A stretch of 61,522 bases of DNA, filler included, from Choristocarpus tenellus KU-1152 (lineage: Eukaryota > Protista > Phaeophyceae): assembly GCA_964200185.2 (NCBI GenBank). It is 14 parts of 14 records of this genome, joined end to end, with 100 filler letters (N's around TTAATTAATTAA, not from the genome) between each part and the next. Parts side by side here need not be neighbours in the genome. Positions count along the whole stretch, not along the records: positions 52,934 to 57,589 come from CAXNAD020013596.1; positions 57,690 to 61,522 come from CAXNAD020017669.1; 12 more parts are not named here. One strand, given 5' to 3'. Positions 53,230 to 61,522 of this stretch are shown here, one piece after another (within the stretch, counting starts at the first letter, position 1; each line of letters starts with the position of its first letter). The position numbers and the translations under genes are program-made. The notes under the pieces were generated by a model. The model did no database searches and was not told the origin of the DNA. It saw nothing but the letters and a program-made list of their open reading frames with translations.

Positions 53230-53487
53230 GAGCCAAAGTATCTTAGAGGGTAGAGCTGCATCCATCTGGGGGTCAAAATCCAATGTTGCGATTTGGATGT
53301 AATTTGGGGTATTGTGTTTTTTATTAAGTTTCAATATCCTTGTTTTGGACACACCTTTTCATAACCCATACATTTTACCTACTCCGAAACATTTTTGAGT
53401 AGTAAAATTTCACGAAAAAAACAGGGGAAGCCAAGCCCCAAATGGACAAACAGGGGAAAACTCGTACCCTCTAAGATATTTTCACTC
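53230..53487 (+). mobile_element. MITE family A, complete, 3-bp TSD AAT
   Basis: aat|gagccaaagtatc...gatattttcactc|aat. Confidence 0.93.
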
Positions 53488-55720
53488 AATCGATGTTGAG
53501 TCCTACCCAGATGAAGGTACGTACTTCTACGTAGTCACCTGTATTGTGAGGTGGTTTACTGGGTTGTGGGGTTGAATGTTTAGGAAATTAGGTTGAAGTT
53601 GTGGTAAGCAGATCATTTGGTCGATCAAGCTATGTTGCATTCCCGAAGTTGTGTGTGGTCTTTATCTTCCTCACATATATGTGTTGATGATATAGGAAGG
53701 GCTTTGATCTTTTGCTCTGCCTTGCCTATTACTCAGTAATATTATATACTACGTAGTAATGCACTACAGGATAGTGCTATAGGTACGCTTATCTGCGCTT
53801 ATACTGCTTAGGAGTATATTATTATGGCCAATGACATTTTTCAGATCTTGTCTTTATAGCGATGCTTCATGAAGCTAAACCAGAGATGGTTAGGTCATTT
53901 TCCTACGTGGTGGAAGTAGGTATGTCATGTCAAGCAGTCACTTTGCTCATATGAAGAGACTCATCTTTCACCTCTCTTTGTCTTTGTGTCCATAGTCCCT
54001 GTTTCGTCATCATTGTTATCGTCCTTGGTTCTTCTCCTCCTCGAATTTGAGTTTGACTCTCCTGTCATGAAGGTGGTGTAGATGAAGTTGTTGGTCATGA
54101 GATTCTTGGCCCTGTATTCAGTATACTTGGCCTTGATCCTCTCGGACATTTCATCCTTCATCGCTCTGTTGGGAACGGTGAGACCTAGCCGAGAGAACAG
54201 CACCTTCAGCAGGGCTAGTAACAAGAAGGATGGTATGCGGCGTTTTAAGGTGGGGCATTATATTGTTGACTAGAGATGATTTGTCATGTGTCAGTGCTTG
54301 TTTTTATCCAACATTATTTATCGGTGACGTCTTGCATCATGGGTTGCCTGTCATTGCCCATGCATCACCTTGATTTCGTCAGTGGTCTTGCCTTCCAGGT
54401 CCGCCTCCACAATAGGGGTGTATGCATTCACAAACTGATTCCACTTAACCTTAGTACTGTGGGAGTCGACTATTCAGGGCCAATTCCAGATGGGTTGCTC
54501 TTTCCAGTTGCATGTCCCGTATTTACTGCCTACGCAAGAGGTTTTATAACCAGTTTTGGAACCACCCCTGCTCTGTTCTCACCGAGGGGCTTCAGGATAG
54601 TCTTCTTGGTGAAACTTAACTTACTCATCTTTTGTGTTATTGATACTATACAGTATTATCACTTCATACTGACTGCTGATTCGCACATCGGTACTAGTCG
54701 TTACTCACCTTTTACATCATTGATAATACATTATAGGATCATAGAATACCTTGCAATTCCATGGTTCATACCAAGCATGAGACAGTCGACATCTCTCAAA
54801 CATACAAGTATTGTATGTGCCACATGAGCTGTCTCAGATATTGATTAAAGTTTATGTCTTTTTTTATCTTCATAGCAGAACCAGTATCTCACACAATGTT
54901 TCTTTCTTTTCTTTGGCTGGCCTTGCCCCCACTAAAACATCGAACTTACTCTGCACTAAGTGTACCAGATGCACAACTGAAAGATATACATTTAGAGTCT
55001 AACCATTTACAGGACCCTTCTCGACAGGGTGACAAGCCTCTACACAGAGCATGAACCTCTTCCTTTGAATGTACAAAGGAATATCACACTACACTGTACC
55101 ATTTGACCTATGACTGTGGAGAGCTTGTCACAAGGTTCACATCAACACAAACTCATCGGTGCTTCACTGTATGATGACACCTCTTCACTCTACACAACCT
55201 TTCACTGTACAAGAGAACACAATTCATTCCATCCAGGGTTTCAACACACCTCGGGGATATGATTTTGAAGGGGGGTAGTGTTTAATTTGCAGGAGACGTA
55301 GACACAAAGTTTTTGGAAGGTATGGGCCAGGTACAATCACCATATGTATATTTATATAGATGTGAAGAGTTGGAGGAAGAACAGCAAAGTGTTTTGCACC
55401 GTGGTGATATGAGGAGGGCATCCCTAAAGTATGTTGTTGTAGGGACAGCAGGCTAGAGGTTCGTATAGCTTTGTCGAAACTTACAGGAGGAAGTTCAACG
55501 TGTTGAAAGTACTCTCAGGAGCAACCTTGATATCATCTCAGCCACATTTTTTGCCCTTGTCGCAGAAGAATTGCAGTTACACGGGTAAGTGTGTTGGCCA
55601 TCTTCGTGAACCAGGGTCCTCGAGTGTGCTTTGTTCCAGTTCTCCCTCAACAACTGAGCCAGGAGGTCATTGGCCATGTGATGCGCAAACACAGGTCACG
55701 TACAATGCAGCAGAGAGGAA

Positions 55721-55905
55721 GAGCCAAAGTATCTAAGGGGGTAGATCCGCGTCCATCTGGGGGCCAAAATCCAATATTGCGATTTGGATGTATTTTTGAC
55801 TATCGTGTGTGTTAAGGAAGGGCTCAAAGTATCTGGGAGGGGGTGGCGGTTAACCCCAAATGCACAAACAGGGCAAAATTCGTACTCTCTGAGATACTTT
55901 CACTC
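55721..55905 (+). mobile_element. Chimeric MITE: family A ends with a family B terminus inside, TSD GGAA
   Basis: Family B start ggctcaaagtatctgggagggggtggcgg at 55821-55849 replaces ~100 bp of the family A interior. Confidence 0.85.
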
Positions 55906-56054
55906 GGAAAGAGGTTTTGGGTGTAATGTTGAAACACGCGGGAGGTGGGCCGATTACCTCTTGACCGTTTGTGCAAAAATTCCTTGCATGCCTCCTTTGA
56001 AGTGTAAACGATTTCATTTTCTCACAAAATAATATAATTTCATCTATGATGAGA

Positions 56055-56390
56055 GATGTTAGTTATAACCTCAACACCTTAGCGGTGGAAAACTTGGGCG
56101 GCTTGGTAAGCAAGCAAAACGTTTTCTGTATGAGTTAGCTAAGCACACGGTAGGGGGAGAGGGACAGGAGGCTACGGCAGGAAAGGGACTGTGAAATCCT
56201 GTCTACGAAAGGTAGTCTCTGTCACAACACAAGTCGCCCTAACTAGACGTGTCATTCGTTTTAAGCTGGAGACACCAGGGAGAAGGTCAAGAAGGGTCTT
56301 GTTGGATTCTTTGGGATACTTTCCTAGCTCCTCACCCTGGGATGCAGGACTAAGCTAGGTTGGAGGCACAAGAGGGCAGTGGTGTAGCAT
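56055..56390 (+). mobile_element. 3' fragment of CRE-like non-LTR retrotransposon (second copy)
   Basis: Colinear with 60880-61450 once the MITE at 60965 is removed. Confidence 0.8.
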
Positions 56391-57200
56391 ACCTGGTATT
56401 AAAATAGCAGATAGATAAATGTCTTTCACAATACGACAACTGTTACTTTTTAGGGATTATTCTGACATTTTAATGGTTTCGTTGTTTTTTCCCCTCACAC
56501 ATCTACAAAATGTTAGAGGACATAAGAATAAGATAATGAGATGGAGATGAAGTGTAGGTGCGAAGGGGTGCAATGGTTAGCGTATTTGTGGAGAAGCGGA
56601 TTTTTAGTGTAGGAGATATAACCAGCACAACCTGACGGTATTGCGTGATGCAACTTTCAAAAATAAATGTTACACAGTACTTCGAAGTATATATATGTGT
56701 ATGTTACAGTTCACAGTCACCTCTAGGACGTGTTACGGCGTGCCCCAGAACTCACTTCCACAGGATATGCAACTCAAATCCAACAACCTTAAAACGACGT
56801 TACGCGAGGGTCCACAGATGATGACCACTTATGGTGTCAGTTGATGTTTAACTCAGTCGATGTCTCGCTTTTGCTTATCAATAGAGGGTAAGAATCAGAG
56901 AACAGTCGTGTGGTCAACATCTCAGCCTTTTATTAACATCATTCACCATTTTCTACAGCCAAAGAGTTAATTGACGTCAGCAAACTGCTGTGTAAACACT
57001 CAAATCATAAATCTTTATTCTGCAACTTTCAGGAATTGACATTTAATCTGTAAGATTATGTAGCATTTCGAATCTTACTCTGCATCTTCTATCAATTTAA
57101 AGTTCCTCTTACATGAATTCTTACGTATGTATACTGTTCGCGCATTTTGACACGCAGAACGAAATACTCGCGCTATTCGCCTGTAACAGATGAGAACAGC

Positions 57201-57500
57201 CTTGATTTTGTTGAAACGATTGCCAAACGACTTAAACGACGATTAGCATATCGCATGAAAGCTCTTGATCTAAACTATCGATTTCCGGAAAGGAATTATT
57301 TCGGAAAATTAGTTTGGTAAGTTTAAGTTTTAACCGAATGTTTCGGGTACAACCTTGAAAATGTTCCGGAATGAATTATCACGACCAAACATATTTTTTC
57401 AAAATAATTCCTTTCCGTAAATCGACAGCCTAGATTCAGAGCTTTCTTTTGATACGCTGATCGTCGATTAACTCGTTGGCCACCTTTTCAAAAAATCAAG
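57201..57500. repeat. ~300-bp imperfect foldback with ~120-bp arms
   Basis: Paired segments cttgatttt/aaaatcaag, gaaagctct/agagctttc, tcgatttccggaaaggaattattt/aaataattcctttccgtaaatcga and gtttggt/accaaac. Confidence 0.85.
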
Positions 57501-57510
57501 ATTGGTCACC

Positions 57511-57589
57511 AGGCCAAAGTATTTTAGAGGGTAGATCCGCGTCCATTTGGGACCCAAAATCCAATGTTGCAATTTTGATATAATTTTGG
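57511..57589 (+). mobile_element. MITE family A, 5' part at contig end
   Basis: aggccaaagtattttagagggtagatccgcgtccatttggg... Confidence 0.87.
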
Positions 57590-57779
57590 NNNNNNNNNNN
57601 NNNNNNNNNNNNNNNNNNNNNNNNNNNNNNNNNTTAATTAATTAANNNNNNNNNNNNNNNNNNNNNNNNNNNNNNNNNNNNNNNNNNNNCCATTTTTCCC
57701 CCCCCACCCCCCCCCCCACCCACCCCCACCCCCCCCCCCCCCCCCCCCACCCCCCCCCCCCCCCCCCCCCCCATACACA

Positions 57780-58035
57780 CCATCACTTGCCCAAGACCCC
57801 CCCCACCACACACACCACATCACTTACCCAAGACCACCTACATACACACCACTGAACCTGCTCAAGACCCACCACAACTCATCACAGCAACTGCTCAAGA
57901 CCACCCCTACACACACACCACCGAACATGGTCAAGGCCCTCACCTTAGAACCCGCTCAAGACCCCCCCTACCACACCACAGAAACTGCCCAAGATCCTCC
58001 TTACCACATCACAGCACCAACCCAAGACCCCTCCC
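57780..58035. repeat. Diverged ~33-38 bp C/A-rich minisatellite (caagacc core)
   Basis: caagacc recurs about 7-8 times at a regular period. Confidence 0.75.
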
Positions 58036-58153
58036 AATTCAACAATCCCACCAATCATCCTTGCCGAGGTCAAAGAGTTGGTGCGCGAACACATAGGAAG
58101 AAAGGATGGGGAGGCTTTTTTCCCACCTAAACCCTATACTTTAATCAAGTAAT

Positions 58154-58216
58154 CGTGCATCTGTTACCACTCTTCGTGACCTACAATCCAGGGTTCGAAC
58201 CCCAATATGAGCGGTC
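58154..58216 (+). repeat. Second copy of the B-box-containing dispersed repeat
   Basis: cgtgcatctgttaccactcttcgtgacctacaatccagggttcgaaccccaatatga. Confidence 0.6.
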
Positions 58217-60028
58217 TTTCTTCAAAAAAAGAAAAGAATGGCGAGAGAGGGAAAAAGAAGCCCGTACTCTGGAGGGCATTGTGACGGGCACCACGAATAT
58301 GCTTCTTTTTTTAAAATCCGATGTCTACATCAAACGTTATGACGGGACAACCCCCCAGAGGGCGAAGAAATTGGTACCACTATAGGGCAGAGTATTGGAG
58401 AGAGATTGATTTTGAACGTTGATTTGATTTGAACTGTGAGTCATCTGTCCAGCCATACAATATGGTTGCGGATGCTTTTCTTGGGAAGGTGTACTATACA
58501 TACGAGGGAATATATCGTAATGAATGTAATTTTACTCAAGTTACAGTACGGTATACATATGACACTGGTATGCTGTGGAGAGGTGGTGTAGATGTGGTGC
58601 TTGCTGTACCACCACAGCTCCATCGAAATGGGCTTACCAAGGGCAATGTCCAGTACATATCTACATGAAACTACTCTTGAAGGCACATAGAAAGCACATA
58701 CAGCAAGGGCGTCGCTCTGTCGTCGTTCGGGAACAAGTATAAAGTGCCTATGACCACTTTTACTCGATATAACATAGATTTGTCAGATCACGATCCCTCG
58801 GTTTAAGAGAAAAAGCGCTCTTATACACAATAAGAAAGGATCGGGATATAAGAGAGGTTTTTTGCTTGCTTGTACCCTCTCTTATATACGTACACCGACT
58901 CTATCAAACTCGGCATAGATAAATCATGCTAGATGGAAGGGAAATTTAGATGTTTACGTAAGTGAAATCAGATTTAAACCAATGAAGCTGAAAACTGATC
59001 TACACGAGGTAGGCATCACCCTCAACATGGACAAGAACTTTGCTGTGCCTCCCTGGGGTCAATAGCCCTCGCCCTCAGAGATAGAACTTCTGGTCACATC
59101 CGGAATAAACTTGACTCCGGGCCAAAATGGTTTTGTTACACTAGTGGGAATAGATTAAATCACCCAAGCCCACATGGCTGGGGTAGTCAAGCGCTCAGGG
59201 TCACGAATGCTAGCCACGTACCTGAGTGAGATGGAGGACAAACAATATACCTAGTTCCTCCACTCTTGGTCCCTCTCCTCCCGACCCAGCACGCTCCACC
59301 ATGAAACAAGCAGACAACACCTCAATATAGACGCTGGAGAATATAATGGAGGTAGCAGACCCAGCTGGAGCAACAACTACAGGCACAGATGCCTGTAAGT
59401 TCAGGGGGCTTGGACTTATTCTCCATGAAACGTCGACATGCATCCCTTTATAGGATCAATATTGGTCACTCTCCCCAACTTTTTAGAAACGCAACAAGGG
59501 CCTCATGAGGAGTCTTTGTCACAAGCCATCTGTATGGACCCTACAATCAGGACCTGGGATCATCCATCCACACCCTCCTCTGCAGGAGTTCGTTCAGAAG
59601 ACTTGGCGAGAATTATTGACCAAGACTGGATAGCCTGGGGGGGAATAACAACCCCTACACATGTCCCAGAGGTTCACACTCTAGCAACCCATGACGCCAG
59701 GATCACAAGGAGGGCACAACACAAGATTACCCGCCCCCTGAACAGGATCCGATTCAACTCTCTCCGGACACAATTGGCCAACCTACTAGACGATGCAGAA
59801 CAAGGGAGGGAAAGTTCTTCGGTAGCCCTGGCCCGCTACTGGAGCCAGTGTGTGGACAAGGTGCAAATGCATGGGCCTCCTCACAACCCTTGGAACTAGC
59901 AAACCAGATCCCTCCCAGAGAGTATAGACTCACTGCCAGCAGATCCCTTGGGAGGGAGGAGGCCCTGTCCAACAGGTGCCCAGTGGCTGGGGGCAGGAAG
60001 CACAATGCTGATACTAGACATGCACGTA

Positions 60029-60274
60029 GAGTGACAGTATCTTAGAGAGTACGATTTTGTCCATTGGGGGCTTGACTTCCTATGAGGTTTTATGACATTT
60101 TCCTGCTCCGGAACATTTCGGAGTAGGTAAAATGTGTGCGTTATGAAAAGGTGTGTTAGGAACAGGGATATTGACACTTCCTAACAAACACGATAGCCAA
60201 AATTGCATCAAAATCGGAGCATTGGATTTGGGCCCCAATCGGACACGGCTCTACCCTCTAAGATACTTTGAATC
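60029..60274 (-). mobile_element. MITE family A, TSD CGTA
   Basis: cgta|gagtgacagtatc...gatactttgaatc|cgta. Confidence 0.93.
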
Positions 60275-60498
60275 CGTACCTGCCATAGGACAGGGGGACA
60301 GGTCCGCCAACACACACCAATGGTGGAGCGTCTAGATTGACTCTGCAAGGGGATGGGAATACCTTGCACTCTGGAGGACGGTAACCCATTTACAGTGGAC
60401 AGGAATTTCCGCATGGATCTGGTCGTCCATGCTGGGACACTTGCGGACGCTGGATCAGCTCCCTACTGGGACAAAGACCTCCTCCTGGATGTTGAGTT

Positions 60499-60756
60499 GA
60501 GTGAATGCATCATAGAGGGTACGAGCTTTGCCCTGTTTGTCCATTTGGGGCTTGGCTTTCCGTTAGGTTTTTATGACATTTTCCTACTCCAAAGTGTTTA
60601 TGAGTAGGTAAAATGTGTACGTTAAATAAAGGTTTGTCCGAAACATAGATATTGACACTTCCTAACAAACATGATAGCCAAAATTACATCGAAACCGCAA
60701 CATTGGATTTTGACCCCCAAATGGACGTGGCTCTACCCTCTAAGATACTTTGGCTC
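60499..60756 (-). mobile_element. MITE family A, TSD AGTT
   Basis: agtt|gagtgaatgcatc...gatactttggctc|agtt. Confidence 0.93.
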
Positions 60757-60964
60757 AGTTTGCAGAATTTCAAGCAGCCTCCAATCTACCACACTCATCC
60801 ACCAGCAATGGAGTAGCTACTGTCGCAGCTAAGGCACAAAGGCACACCGCACCCACTATGAGGGTTCTTTTTACCCTCATAGTTGTAACCTTAACACCTT
60901 TGCGGTGGACAATATTGGGTGCCTTGGTAAGCAAGCAGAAAGTTTTCTGGATGAGTTGGCTACA

Positions 60965-61220
60965 GACCCAAAGTATCTTAGAGGGTAGATCTGCGTCAAT
61001 TTGTGGGCCAAAATCCAATGTTGCGATTTTGATGTAATTTTGCTATGGTGTTTGTTAGGAAGTGTCAATATCCATGTTCCGGTTACACCTTTTCATAACA
61101 TATACATTTTACTACTCTGAAACATTTGGGAGTAGGAAAATGTCATAAAAACCCCGTGGGACACCAAGCCCCAAATGGACAAACAGGCCAAAACTCGTAC
61201 TCTCTAAGATACTTTCACTC
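60965..61220 (+). mobile_element. MITE family A, TSD TACA
   Basis: taca|gacccaaagtatc...gatactttcactc|taca. Confidence 0.94.
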
Positions 61221-61456
61221 TACACACGCAGTAGGGGGAGAGGGGCAGGAGGCTACAGTAGAAAGGGAGACGTCAAATCCCATTTACGACAGATAGTATC
61301 CGTCACAACACAAGCGGCTCTTTCAAGACATATCATGCGTTTTAAGCTGGAGACACAAGGGAGATTGACAAGGAGGGGTCTGTCCGATTCTTGGGATGCT
61401 TCCTTAGCTCCTCACCCTGTGGTGTAGGACTAAGCTAGGTTGGAGGCATATCAGCA

Positions 61457-61522
61457 GACCCAAAGTATCTGGGGGGGGGGGGGGCCTCCCCCGGGCGCCC
61501 CCTTCCCCCAAACTCAGGGAAA
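61457..61522 (-). mobile_element. MITE family B terminus at window end
   Basis: gacccaaagtatctgggggggg. Confidence 0.7.

Larger units (their letters stand above)
58990..61450 (+). mobile_element. Degenerate CRE-like non-LTR retrotransposon (RT C-terminus, Zn knuckle, restriction-like endonuclease) with three nested MITEs
   Basis: LHEVGITLNMDK (late RT), GLGL, RCP..TRHARTCHRTG (knuckle), FRMDLVV..LLLDV (RLE PD-D motif) and FAVD..LGKQAESFLDELA. Confidence 0.78.

Noticed and set aside
53961-54620. Minus-strand ORF fragments that look like decayed coding sequence
   Set aside because: They contain in-frame stops and no recognisable motif, so I cannot assign them without a database search.

Overview
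Eukaryotic, intron-rich, repeat-dense DNA, probably from a brown alga or close stramenopile relative (inferred from TE types, TTAGGG repeats and a bipartite plastid presequence). The window is about 14 short unrelated contigs joined by artificial N-run/TTAATTAATTAA/N-run linkers. Host genes reconstructed exon by exon are the meiotic helicase MER3/HFM1 (8 exons), the 5' end of mitochondrial aconitase, the 3' end of RNA polymerase subunit RPB3, an EFHC1-like DM10 exon, a beta-helix/POMP-like protein, a PPR-like protein and several orphan genes. TE relics include Ty1/copia, a plant-type mariner and a CRE-like RLE non-LTR element. The dominant unexplained structure is about 30 copies or fragments of three non-autonomous DNA-transposon (MITE) families with unrelated interiors but a shared end grammar: G-N4-AAAGTATCT TIRs, subterminal GTCC(A/G)TTT inverted motifs, and sequence-independent 4-bp (sometimes 3-bp) target-site duplications. 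Their TIRs also place a GT donor and an AG acceptor so that splicing would leave an in-frame 24-nt scar. Two long foldbacks (one pre-miRNA-like) and a twice-repeated tRNA B-box-like motif are also present.
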